A DNA stretch of 63,548 nt, counting the filler, from Reticulomyxa filosa (taxonomy: Eukaryota > Protista > Foraminifera), in NCBI GenBank assembly GCA_000512085.1. It is 17 parts of 17 records of this genome, joined end to end, with 100 filler letters (N's around TTAATTAATTAA, not from the genome) between each part and the next. Parts side by side here need not be neighbours in the genome. Positions count along the whole stretch, not along the records: positions 1 to 10,870 come from ASPP01020244.1; positions 10,971 to 12,638 come from ASPP01011105.1; positions 12,739 to 16,624 come from ASPP01037362.1; 14 more parts are not named here. One strand, 5' to 3'. Positions 1 through 12,742 of this stretch are shown one piece after another. The notes under the pieces are model-generated. The model worked only from the letters and a program-made list of their open reading frames with translations, did not search any database and was not told the origin of the DNA. Within the stretch, counting starts at the first letter, position 1, and each line of letters starts with the position of its first letter. Position numbers and translations under genes: made by a program.

Positions 1-2687
1 GGGAAAGGGAGATAGCACACAATGGAGACAATGAAGACAACGCTAGTCAAAATTCTCAAGAAAGCAAAAACGACAGCGATTTTCAGCAACAAAGCATACC
101 GGAAGAAGAAGAAGAAGAAGAAGATGATGATGATAAAGAAAAAGATGATGATAAAAAAAAAGGATGAAGAAAAAAAAGAAAGAGAAGACAAATCAAGTTC
201 ACCAAATAGAGAAGAAGATTCCGAGAACGACGACAACGGGAACACGAAAGAACAAGTGCAAACAGAAAGTGATTCGTCACAATCACAAAAGAAGTGTATG
301 AAAACGAATATTACGCAACAAAAAAGCAAAGACAAAAAGAATCCTCAAATTCAGTTTAGTGAGGCAGTGGGGATTATGTTCAATAAAGCAGAAGATAATG
401 TTGAGCTATCCTCGTCGGGATCAAGCTTTGGCGTGAAGAACGACACAAAGGGAGATAAAGTTGTTGAAGCGACACATCATTGTTCTGGCGATACCAAAAA
501 GGGCAGTATCTTGTTGGAATCAACCGCTTCAGACCCTGTTTCCGTTCCGTCCACCAGGAAAAAAAATGAGAATGCCACAATTACGATATCGGACAGTGAC
601 GACTCGGAAACGCTGTGGATAACAAATCCAAAGTCAAATACAAATCCAAATCCAAAGACAGCCTCCAAACGTAAGACATTAGAGGACACCACGGCACCTC
701 CGACGAAAAAGCGACGACTGAATGACTCAAGCGCTCCTTACAATAGTCCAACAAAAATATATCAATGTTTGGATGATTACCAATGGTTGCTGCAAGTGCA
801 AGCACCCCAACACTATCGCAATGCCAATGGTCGCGGCAATCGAGCCAGCCACACCAAACACGACGCTTTTTCCGCACAGTATTTTGTCCCGCAAATCGGA
901 GACGTTGTTATGTACTTGCCAGCTGGCCATCAGGCATTTGTGCAACAGTTCATGCGTTTGGAGGCAAAATGTCTTCCGCGCAGAGACACTCCAGTTTGCT
1001 GCGTCATCGAAAAAATCCAATTTGAACACAAAGCGCTTCCCAGTCCGGTCAAGAAAACGTTTGTACGATTGCAAATGAAACCATGCACACCTAGTCAGCA
1101 TTTGCGATTTAACATTCCTTCCCAGCCCATTTCCATTTCCATTTCCAAAAAACAGCATCCGAAATCGAGTGTATGTAATGCCAGTTCGCCACAAAACCGT
1201 GCTTGCAACAACAATTTGCACCTTTCCAAAGCACAATCCCCGTCAAGGAATGAAGATGCCACCCATCACAAACTTATACATATTGACGTGGAATCGCTAC
1301 CTCGTTTTCAAGTGGAACCAATGGATAATGACAAATTTGAAGTCCTCATGTACTATGCTCCAGGATTTCCCTCTTTTATTATTCCTGCTTGGTATTATTT
1401 TGTCGGACTATTGCAACAATGGCACAAACACGATGCCGTTGCAACTACTGATGAGAATGGGTATCTATTTTTTTTTGTCTGTTGTCGTAATGTGATCTGT
1501 TGACAAAACTCCAAATGGCAAATAAATAAACAAACAAAGCGAGTTAGTGAGTGGTGAAATCGTAGAAATTATCAAGGACGAACACAATGGCATGCCGGCA
1601 TGGCAAGGTATTCGCTGCGATTGGAATACATCTGCAATGTCTTGTACAAAATTTAACCCCTGGGACCTGGGACGTGTCGATCCCCTTGACCAACAGAAAT
1701 TTGATTGCATTTTTGAACTACCGAAACTCAACAAAGACGGTACTTATATTATTTGTTTATTTTTAAATTGTGAAATGTTCAAATTTTAATGGATTGGCAC
1801 GTTATACTTGGAAAATATAGAGGTCAGTGCCTTGTTGGAATGTGTGGAAAAAGCAATTGCAATCCAACCTCCTTGCATGTTGATGGCCAATACTAAGGAT
1901 GAAAGGGATGTCTCATCACTCCAACACATTGTTTTGCCAATTCGTTTCGAGGAAATAAAAGAAAGACTTCAGTTTCAATGGTACCATTCTTTGAAGGTTT
2001 GTCATTGTTCTGTTATTCTTTAACTAATTTTGTAAAAAAAAATAAAAAAATAAAAAATCAGTCCACAAAATAAATTGTAGAGTGCCTCTTTTTTTTTCTT
2101 GTTTGTTCTGTTAACGATTTTTTTTTGAAATGTAGAGCGTATTATCGGATGTCGAGTTGATTGAAACGAATACCAAAGCAATGCACGCAGAAGAACCGTC
2201 TATCATTCACAAAGCAAAAGAAATCACACAGCTTTTCTCCGATACTATCAAAAACTTGAGCGAGTTTTATAATTTGATTTGTTGTCACAGATATTGCAAT
2301 GACTTGTGTTGCATATTTGTCTGCTCTTCACCTTTGTATATTTTGAATAGATTACCTACGATGTTATTTGATGAAAAAAATAAAGCAATCCACGTTCGAA
2401 TGAATTTGAAGTCTCTTATACCGGCGAAACGGGCTCAGTCTTCAAATAATGCGGCAGAGCAAAACAGCCATCCATCCATTTTGAAGAACAACAAAGACGA
2501 GCTATCTTCTACTAAGACAAAAAAACTGGCGAATAACTCCAAAAAAAAATACCAATTCAAAAACAAAACAAAAAACAAATTTTCGTCTCCTAAGCATAGC
2601 CTACATTTTCAAAATAATTGGAATAAAGAAACTACAACGTCTAGTGAAGATATACCTGGAGGCTATACGAACGTGGAAACTGACTAA
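1..2687 (+). CDS. BRWD/PHIP-like chromatin protein (cryptic Tudor region + degenerate bromodomain), 5'-partial, spliced
   Basis: YFVPQIGDVVMYLPAGHQAF and WQGIRCDW...FNPWDL resemble the BRWD1/PHIP Tudor-like region. PIRFEEIKERLQFQWYHSLKSVLSDVELIETN is bromodomain-like. Frame-preserving GT-AG introns at 1461-1539, 1740-1820 and 1997-2135. Apparent 1-nt indel in the A-run near 153-161. Confidence 0.7.
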
Positions 2688-3229
2688 CACTCAAGTGACA
2701 ATTGATCAATGGATCTTTGCTTTTTAAAAATGCTATAATCTAAATCCAATAAAAATATTTTGTAATTCTTTTCTTCACAAAGAACAACACAACATTTGGA
2801 GAAAAGTGACAATTTATTTATTGTTGTGGTAAGGTATGTTGATCAGCGAAAGTTTGAATCGTACATTCTTTCGTTTATCCATAATTTGTATCGTAAATGA
2901 GATCATTTAAGGTTTTTGTTGTTATTGCTTGTTTTGTTTTCGATTCCGTTTGTCATTATCTTGAAGAAATCAACTTAATTTACAAAACATCCTTTATCAA
3001 ATGCAATAGTAGCTAACACAAAGAGACAAGTTCTTGTATTTGCCAATAAGCGAAATTTGCTGTCTGAAACTTATAACATTTCATTTTAAAAAATTAATTC
3101 GTAGTCACAAGGCGCTGGTGAAATACGTTTTATTTCGAGTCTCTTTCAATGGCCTTTGGTCAAACTAATTTCACTTTGCCTTACTTTTGCAGAAATTGAA
3201 TATGTTGATCAAGTAGATCTATACCAGAG

Positions 3230-4030
3230 CCGAATGTTATACGCTGGTAGAATCTTAAAGGGTTTGTTTTCCATAGTGGTACAAATGACTGTCCAACATT
3301 GATCAACGTTACAATGTTGTACCTAATGAAGTGATGAAATACTTTGCATTGGAGTTGCTTAGATATTATGCAATTTTTACAATTAAAATTGCCTTTTAGT
3401 ATATTAGTGTTGCCATTAGCATTGAAACAATTATCATTTTCTTTGACTGTTCAAGTTCAAACATAGTTTTTGAAGGGGCATTGACATAATGTAAAAAAGC
3501 ATAATTTGTGATGATCAATCCAATAATCGAGAATATCAAGTAAATACTTCGTGTAATGTGTAAAAAAACCACCAAATCCATTTATAACAAATAAAAAATT
3601 ATTATCATAAATCAATATAAAGACTTAACAGAAAATATTCAATGAAGTGCGTTTTACGTGCTATGATACTGAACAAAGATCACCACACAACATAATTAAA
3701 CTTGCATATGCAATGATCGGTAAGCTAATGGAATCAAAGTTGCTGTCAACACGTTATTGCAAACTTTACTTGAACATTTTTTTCTTTTTTTTGACTTAAC
3801 TGAAATAAGTCTTTTTTTCTTTTATTTTTGACTTTGAAGCAATGCTATCCTAGTAAGACTATTAAGTGGTACTAATGATTAAGTAGTAATTGCATACCAT
3901 TCAGAATTACAATAATTGAATACATGCTTAATATGCTGGCATTTTCTTGTGATTGTTGGGCTATCTGAAGTACATGATATTATCGTTGACCCAATTGGAA
4001 AAATTCTATTTGCACACACACTAATGTTTG
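3230..4030 (-). pseudogene. Possible decayed membrane-protein gene
   Basis: Hydrophobic ORF fragments (e.g. 3396-3581, IYLIFSIIGLIITNYAFL) interrupted by stops; no family recognised. Confidence 0.25.
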
Positions 4031-5789
4031 AACTTGTGTTTGTCATGATCAAACTAATATGGCGACATAATTAATTAGCCAAGTCCAACAAACACAATCG
4101 GATTATTACAATGTTAATGATAATAATAATGAAGTTATAAAGGAAAATCGTCAAAAAGTCTGTCAATGACGACAAACAAGGCCATACAAAGATGACGTCC
4201 CAACAAAAAAGTGCAGTCCAAGAAGAAAGAACTTGACTACAGAAGCGACTAGTCTTTATAGTTTGTTCATGATAAGCACGCCGGAGAATATACTAAATAG
4301 TGACCTTTGAAATGAACAAGATTTGATACAATAAAAGCAATGATCATGTAATTATTTATTTTTTTGTACATTATACTAATTTAATTTTTGTTTATCATTG
4401 ACTAAATATTTGCTGGTAATCTTTGTTCTATGTAAAAAATTCATATTGAATAAGATTGTCATATATGATTGGATCAGTCAAAAGACTAAGCATTGCAAGA
4501 CTTGAAAATATAACACACAAATTATGCTGTGGATGAAACTGATATAATAATTATTTTTAATTATTTGAAAATGAAGAAAAAATTTCGAAATGTTCATATT
4601 ACATATTTACACATATTAAATAACAATGAAATAAAAAAATATAGTTATAATTTGACTTTTAACGCAATGTGTTGTGGTGACCATACAAGTGGATTTCTTT
4701 TGTGCCATTTCGACAAGCAAATGTAAGATGTGTATTCACTTGAACATCGTGCTGAAGAAAGTCAAAGGAGACAAAACAAAGACATTTGCGCAAGCATTGA
4801 AAAGCACAAATCGAATTTATCAAAAGTCTTCAAAAAAGGGTTAATGTAGAATATCAAAGTTTTGATATTTGAATTAGTTTCAATTTTTTAAAATTTTTTA
4901 AAAGTGATATATTTGATAGGCGAAGCAGAAACTACATAAGCAAGTATTACAATAAAGAGTATTGTATAATAAAAAGTGACACAAACTGATTGCTTTATTT
5001 GGAGAATTGAGCCAATTGTTAAATGTCAGCAAATGTTTGAAAAAAGTCAAGGAAGCTGATAAAGAGTGAATATTTGAACAGAAGCAAGTGGTGGAAGAAT
5101 GTGTAAAGCATATGAAGCAGCAGACCAATCAGTAAGTAGAACACGATGTACTGACAAATTTGATCATCACACTGAAGTAGAAAATAGTTTATTAAAAAAT
5201 TTGTGAGTTATACAGATTATACTTGCTGAATTTGATATGCAACGATTAACGAGATAAAGCTGTTGGAATAATTATGCGCTGTTGTGTTCTATCAACTATG
5301 TATGCTTTCATGATGCAATCTTTCAATCGATTAAGTCAAAGTTAATCAATATTTTTTTTCAACTTATACATACATATCTTTTCATTGATTGTGTTCAGGT
5401 TTGAATAATTTAGATTGAAATCAAATATTTTAATATCGTTTTGTTTAAATCATTCTTTTTCTGTAGTTGCTTTGTAGCTAAAGTCATTATCTTGCTAAAA
5501 TATACAATTTTCATTATCTTATAAACACGAACAATAATTTTGATCATTCATAACATATAATTTCTTTGTATATGTTTGCATTGACACCTCTATCACTTTC
5601 ACATGAATATCCATGTCCTAATACTCCAAAGCGAGATTACGCATTATACTTCCAACAATAAATTTTGATTTCTTTTGGTTGCATTTTCAGTATGTGCAAC
5701 ATATCTTCCAAGTATAACATCTTCAATCACCACCTTTTAAATTAATTTTGCTTTCATCATATAAAAGTACTTTTTGCCAATCATTCAGT

Positions 5790-6029
5790 CATTTTCAAAA
5801 AATCAAAATGATTAAAAATCTCAAATATCGAACTAAAAAAAATAAATGACAAATATTGAAATAATTATTAAATATTTAATAAAAAACTAAATTCAAAACG
5901 ATATTTAAAAACTACACTATTCACATATTTTTTAAAAGAATTCTGTCCAGATATTGTTTTTTCATGAAAAAAATCAATAATCTATATAAGATGCATTTTT
6001 ACTTTTTAATTTTACTTTGCATTCTACTG
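5790..6029. mobile_element. MITE family copy 1 (right arm), ends ...TTTGCATTCTACTG followed by TA
   Basis: Aligns by eye with 28300-28456 (ATATTTAAAAACTACA...GTTTTTTCATGAA...AATCAATAATC...TACTTTG.ATTCTACT). Confidence 0.7.
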
Positions 6030-7199
6030 TAGTTTAATAAAACGTTTTGTATTTTTCATCATTTGTTTTTTTTTAAAACCAAAAATGTATCCAATAAAAA
6101 TGAAAAATAAAAATTTGTAATGGACGTATGACTAAAAATTTTTCCCGTAGAAAGCGTATATTCGATGCAGTTTTCAATTGCGGATCTAATGTTTTTTTTT
6201 TGCATTACGAATTTTTGGTATTTATGACTATAAAAGGTAGTATCTACGTGCTATTTTTTGTTGATAAAATGAATGTATGTTTGTTTTTGTTTGCAGACGT
6301 TGATACATAAACTTTTTAGTAGTTCTCTATAATTTTTGTTTATAATTTTTTGCAGACTTTCAACAGAACTTTAATGTTTGCATTTTTGTTAACGTTGAAA
6401 CTTTTGACCTACACTTTTGCATACCTGCAGCTTGACTTGCTATTTTTTTTAACATTTATGTATCTTTTGATGGAATATCATATCACATTTCAATCAATGC
6501 CTCTCACAATTAAATATTGTAATTGAATTGCTCTAAACAATTTGAATAGTATAATGTGCGAAAAAATAAGCGATCATATCTTAAAAAAGATATCTCAAAA
6601 GAAAAGTTGATCAGTTGTAATTACAATCTGTATAGCCTACTATTTACTTATTTACAAAATAGCGCAGACAATGATTTCAAACGACAATTGAAAATGTTCC
6701 ACAGATTAGCCCGAAATACAATTACACTTAAAATCGCAAAAAATTTGAAAACAGCACAAACACAATGACACAATGTGGCACTAAGTAGTTACAATATTTA
6801 TTCAAAGGTCAATAAAAGTTAGACTTGGAAGGCGAATCAGTGTAAGTCTCTTTATTATTATTAACAGTTTAGCTTGCAGCAATATTTATTTTTTTTCTTT
6901 TTAAACGTGTATCCTATTTTAGAACGAGATCTGGCTGATATCTTGATGCGCTTTACTTTTAAAAAACTTATTTTTTTGCGTTTTACTTTTGATTATTTAT
7001 TCTTAATTTGTATAATTTTTAAATATATAAACGTTAAATAATATTTCTAAAAATTGAATAGTATTTGATGATTTTTGTATAATTTTTTAGTTTAAAGTTT
7101 AATGGCTTAGTTTTTTTGTTTTGTCAAATAGCTTGAATGTCGTTTTTTTGTTTTTTGCTATTCCTGTTTATTTTGTGTGCTCTGGTTAACACATGGTAT

Positions 7200-9522
7200 C
7201 ATCATGACTTGCGAAAATTGTAATGTAACTCACTGAAGTTCGTTGTAGTCTGTGGACACCTTTATTGCATGCTTTTTCTTTGTCCTTCCTTTAGTTGTTT
7301 TTTTTTTGGAAAATCTTTGAGTGTCGGTATTTGACAAGTGTTTGTTTCCGTTTCTTTGCTTTCTAAGTACTCTTTTAGTAATGTAAAGAGTTTTTCTTTA
7401 TCCTTGTTTTCCTCTTGGATAATTTGTCCTTTGTTATGTGGGGATTGCTGGGTCTATTGAAGAGCAAACTTTTAAGTAAAAAGAGATCTGAAACAAAGGT
7501 GGTATTATAACATACATTTGTGCCTTGAGTTTCAGAAGACGACTGCGATTCATCACTTTGTTTGTGGTGATTTGGTGAAGCTAAATTTTTATTAGCAGAG
7601 ATAATCACTTCATCTTTTTTGTCATCAGCTATTTTTCACCCGGTTCTTCAAATGAGTCAGTTTTCTTTCTGGACGTAGGACGGGTTTGTTTGTAGCCCCT
7701 TTGCAGGCTTGCTTTTGTTGAACCGTGAAAAGTCGATACTAATTTTGGCGTATTCCTTTCATTCTATTAAAAAGATTTTTGTTATATTTTCAAGAAATCA
7801 ATACACAAATATATACTTATTTCATAAAACATTGTCTTCATGTGGCAGAGTTAAAGAAGTCACAAGTAGGTTTAAAAGGGCTTTTGACAAAGTACAAAAC
7901 TGCTTTTTTGGAGGACAAAGGAACAATAGGATCCTTTTCACACAAAGCATCTTTTTTTTTGCTTGGTGATATGTTTTGATTTTGTATGTCTTCGTCAAAA
8001 ACAAAACATCGTGGTGTTTTTTTTGTGGTAGCAGGACTCTTAATTCCTTCTCTTCCTGAAACTACTGAAGGAAGATTTGATTTTGAGTGACTTTGAGGTA
8101 CTTTGCAGCTTGCACTTGAAACTATCTGCTTTGATTTTAATTTTGTCTTTTTTTTGTTCATTTTTTTTTTCTTGGTCTGATGTGTTTCAGTTTGGGACAC
8201 ATTTGGTATGTTTGGCGTCGATTTTTTTTGCAACGCTGTAATAACCCCATTGTCAGAGTGCATACTCAGGCTTGCACTACGTGCAGTGTTGATTTTTAAA
8301 GTTAGGTCTGTTTTGCCGCTGTTGATCTTCTTGGAAGACAAGCGCTCGGATTGGATACTTTGTTGCAATAAATCTTTGTTAGCTGGTGTCTTTTTAAACT
8401 TCTTTTTTAGTTTTCTTTGGAGAAGGTGAAGAGTCGATGTAATTTACTATCTTTGGAGAAACAATTTTGTTGGCCTCGTGCTATGATTTTTTTAATTATG
8501 TATTGCAGAATAAGCCATTAATTCCTTAATTTTTAAACTTGTTCTGACTTCAAACTTGTAAAAAACTCAAAGCAAACTCCTGTACTAGATAAAAACATAG
8601 ATATTACGTCAGTTTCATTGTCTAATTTGTTTACATGAACATCTTGCACTTTTTTTTTGGAGTACGAGGGAGACTCTACTGCGAGTTTTTTGTATTGCTC
8701 AGTTTCTGGCATTCCACTGTCGTCTTTCCGAAACATTGCGTAAACAGAAATTTTTTGTGATTGAAGAGTTGCTTGTTCTTTCTGATAATCATGCCAAGCT
8801 GTGTAAATGTCTGCTAGACATTTCCAAACACGTTGCCAACAACGTACTCTTCGCAACATGACTGCTATTGAGGTAATAACAGCAGCAAATAATACTCCAT
8901 AAAGAAGCCACCACTATTGTGAAATTTTTTGTATTTTTATCTCAAAATACAATAAATCGAATTTCTGAAGTCCAAAACTTTGGCAGTGGTATCAGGACGA
9001 GCACGACGCTGCTGATAACTGTGCCAAGTTTCGCATTGTTGGGTCTTGTTGTCAAAGACCTGTACATTTTCCAGTTGAAGTCAGAAAAAAACTGGCGTAA
9101 TTTTGACCAAAGAAACTTACGTAGTTCTGAGTGCACATGTTTTCACAAACGGAAGTAGATTTGAAATGACTTGTCACCGTTCCCCATTCGCATGAAAGTT
9201 GGACCAAAGTTAAACCTACAAAATTTAATTGGTGAAAATTAGTCATCAGATAGTTGCGATAAGAGGCCAGGTTGAAATTTTCCGTCGATTTATAATCTTT
9301 TAAATCATTGAAAAAAATAGTATATCCCATGTCTGTGTATTTGCTTTGAAATTCGTCCTCAACGTAGTCAATATGCACATCTCCACTTGAGATATTGAAG
9401 TACACTTGATTGGCCAAAATGAAGCTCTTCATGTAAAAAGTCGTAAAATCGAAAGAACTTGTGTATAAAAAACTAGTTTCGAATACTACCGGTAAAACTA
9501 ATTGTGACCTTGTTGTGTCCAT
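7200..9522 (-). CDS. Uncharacterised, probably single-pass membrane protein with long Lys/Ser-rich tail (spliced, with frameshifts)
   Basis: Co-oriented ORFs 9052-9522, 8533-8859, 7838-8368 and 7375-7608; hydrophobic segment WWLLYGVLFAAVITSIAVML follows an AG acceptor near 8915. The 3' end is approximate. Confidence 0.4.
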
Positions 9523-9865
9523 GTCACCAAAGTGGTCAGGTGTTTAAGAAATTATTGTTTTGCGTAATCTCTCTTTAATAAGCGGAAAAAAAAAGTAATA
9601 ATAAATGAATTAAATCATTATGAACGCCTTTCTGCTCACGTGTGAATTGAACAAAACTCAACAAGTTCACGTATTTTAACATATTTTTAAATGGAAGATA
9701 ACAGCAAAAAAGTATTGTCCAAAGCTAATTAGTACACAAAGGACTATACATCGATTATTTATTTATTGTTTATTATGTTCTCACCTCCCGCCTTACACCC
9801 TCTTCATTTCATTTTGTACAATTTCAAGAAAGAGGGGCAAAAATAAAGAATAAGTGTTGTCAAAT

Positions 9866-10780
9866 TTATGAAGTTTGTTCCAAGTATTGAATCATGTTTT
9901 TGTGATGATTGATATGTGCCTCAATGCCGTTCAACCAAAAGTTTCTATCTTCTTCACTGACAGCTTTGAACTCAAAGGTTCTTTTTTTCTGTTTGTCAGT
10001 ACTGGCAATAATGAAGAATTTATTATTGCTTTTTGTTTCCACAGGACCGAGATTGTCGATATGCATGATAGGAAGCTGGCCATTGAATTTGTTGCGTTCC
10101 TGTGCATTACTGGCATCAGGAATGTCTCTTTGTTTGTCACTCCACAGCAAGTGGCCGTGCTTGACAACAACCCAGCGTTTTTGCCACGAATAGGGTGCCC
10201 GAGGCTGTTTTTTTTCTAAAAAGGCCTCGAGCACAGGTAATTTCGCTTGTTCTTGTTGAATTTTTTCCATTTGTTGTAACACCACTTGTGTTGATTGTTT
10301 TTTCAAGCGACGATTGTAAGGATTGTCAGAGCCTACCTTCGGCTTCACACTTTTTTGTAATCTAAAAACAAAAAAAAAAAAAAAGCAAAGGGGGAACACA
10401 CCAAAAAAAAAAAAAAAAATACGATTGAAAAAGTACAAAAAATAAAAAAATAAAAATCACTCAACTCTTCGTAATAGCCTCTGTTGAAAGCTAACTCTTT
10501 CGTATTTTTTTGTGATTCGCTATCATTCGCATTTTCATTTTTTTGTCATTTTGGGCCCCACTCGTTGCGGCTCGAGTAATGACCTCATTACTGGAAGTGG
10601 AATTTGCGTCGTTCATATCAGCACGATCGTCTAAAGTTTTTGATTTCTTGATCATTTGGTTACCAGTTGGTGAAGTGGTGCTGCGCTCAATCTCTTTCAA
10701 TGCATTCGCATCTTTGCTATTCGCCGCAATGGGTTCACCCACCAAATCACTTAATTCCTCAAGCGCAGTTTCTTATTGTA
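9866..10780 (-). CDS. PH-domain protein (C-terminal part)
   Basis: LEAFLEKKQPRAPYSWQKRWVVVKHGHLLW...FEFKAVSEEDRNFWLNGI is a canonical PH signature. Intron at about 10361-10460; homopolymer frameshift near 10540. Confidence 0.85.
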
Positions 10781-10828
10781 GTTTTGTATATACGAATATG
10801 TTAATTGTATATATTCTATCAAGTGATT

Positions 10829-10870
<42 letters not shown>

Positions 10871-10970
10871 NNNNNNNNNNNNNNNNNNNNNNNNNNNNNN
10901 NNNNNNNNNNNNNNTTAATTAATTAANNNNNNNNNNNNNNNNNNNNNNNNNNNNNNNNNNNNNNNNNNNN
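10871..10970. other. Artificial contig spacer (N-run TTAATTAATTAA N-run); 16 such spacers start at 10871, 12639, 16625, 17843, 23207, 24463, 28957, 31661, 35619, 50477, 51845, 55991, 57231, 58608, 60654 and 62449
   Basis: Identical 100-nt cassette with stops in all six frames; the flanking sequences are unrelated to each other. Confidence 0.98.
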
Positions 10971-11439
10971 TTGTGCCCATTCCCTAGAGCGCTGGCTTTT
11001 TTACCACTGTTTTTAGCTATTGACTGCCAATGATTATGAGGGGCTTGATATTTTTTTTTTTTAAAGCACACAAGATGCTGAACCGACGACGGAACCCCCC
11101 AAAAATGAACTGCAACAAAAAACGTTGTCAAATGGTAACAAAATGGTTTACAGTCACACTCCAGCCACAATCTCACAAAATCCAACTACTATAAAAAAAA
11201 CTTTATATCAATATAAAAAAAATTTTTTACTTAGAATTTTCTTTCTTTCTTGGTCCGGAACTTTCTTGAACTGGACGACGTTTGAAATACTGACTTGACT
11301 TTTAAATCTCCTTCAAAACTTAAGAGACGTCGAAGTATCTTGACACTTCCAACCACAATCTCTTTCAAAATACAGCTTTTTAAGAAAAGTTAATATTAAT
11401 GATGAAGTGGGTAAATATTAATTATTTTTTTTTTTGCCC

Positions 11440-12638
11440 AAATATTAGAGCAAAACTTACATTATAAGCCATATCTGTTTATTGCAAGAAGGATTTAGAT
11501 CGGAGAAGAAGGACATCGATTATAATTTCCAGTATCTTTATGTTCATCACTTGAGTGAAACAGGAAGATCTGGAGTGTTATGTCGAAGAGATTTGCATTC
11601 CACATTACGATCATTCAATAACATGACTGATACATTCAATATATTTGGCTATGAATCGTGTTGAGTGGAAATCTATTGTTCTGTTCAAAAGAAATCGTTA
11701 TTGTTCTGCAGTTTCTATCGAAATCTGATTGTAAGCAATTTAATATACAAGCATTAGAGCAAGAATTAAAATCAGCTAGAAAATAACTGAACACATTATC
11801 ATTGGAGGATATTGGAATGTTCATCATCCTGCATGGTTGGATTAGAATACTGACGATGTGGGTGAGTGTATTCTCGATTTTATTACATCCAATGGATTGC
11901 ATATTATCAATATATTGCCATTTGATATGTTCATCATCTATTCTTCCATTTATTAGCAATTGGAGAACAGATGATGTTGAATTGGATGTGCACTCACAAT
12001 ATCAAACCGCGTGGTCTTCACCACGAATTGAACGACAAAAGATTGAGACTTGAAATCTGAGAAGTAATAAATGGGAACAATTTAAATTGATATTGAAAAG
12101 AAACATCGATAATTGGATGCAATCTATTGATCCTATTGTATTGGAAAACACAGAGACATTAGACAAAGCAGTTGAATCTTGGACCAAATGTGTTGTTGAA
12201 GCTGGAAAGTCAATAAACCTTGGTGGAGTGACAGTTTATGTCGATTACGAAAGACAGTTCAAAAATCAAAGAACCGATTTCGTAAGCATAGGACACCGAG
12301 GGATTTAATGCTATATAAAAGAATTTCCAAGCAGTTGCAACGAAATTATTATTTGAAAAACATCAACACATGGTAAAGAGTATTGACTCATTGCATGAAG
12401 GGAACACCAGGAATCTATTCACACAATTTGAACACCAATAAAATCTGTATTATTCCAGCATTGCAGATAAAGCGTATCTGTTGGCAAAGGCGTTTGCAGA
12501 CCACGTCAACCTCCCAAAGATGTGGATGAGAAGCACCATGAGATGGTAGAAAAATTTAAAGTGGCGATATCCAAGCCATTAGAATTGGATGAAAGTGTAT
12601 TTGGTCATTTGATATCCATCAAAGTGACATTACAAAGG
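11440..12638 (+). mobile_element. Decayed non-LTR (LINE-like) retrotransposon, APE endonuclease region
   Basis: Fragments ICLLQE...GRSGVL, HIIIGGYWNVHHPAW (GDFN.HH..W motif), ILDFITSNGLHIIN and DVHSQYQ (SDH position), with many stops and frameshifts. Confidence 0.7.
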
Positions 12639-12742
12639 NNNNNNNNNNNNNNNNNNNNNNNNNNNNNNNNNNNNNNNNNNNNTTAATTAATTAANNNNNN
12701 NNNNNNNNNNNNNNNNNNNNNNNNNNNNNNNNNNNNNNAATT

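Noticed and set aside
2265-2350. PHD-finger-like LICCHRYCNDLCCIFVCSSP
   Set aside because: It lies in a T-rich GT...TAG segment that is probably an intron, and the Cys/His spacing is incomplete.
10915-10926. Regularly recurring TTAATTAATTAA as a repeat array or biological motif
   Set aside because: Always embedded in fixed-length N-runs; it is a six-frame-stop concatenation linker. Adjacency across linkers has no biological meaning.
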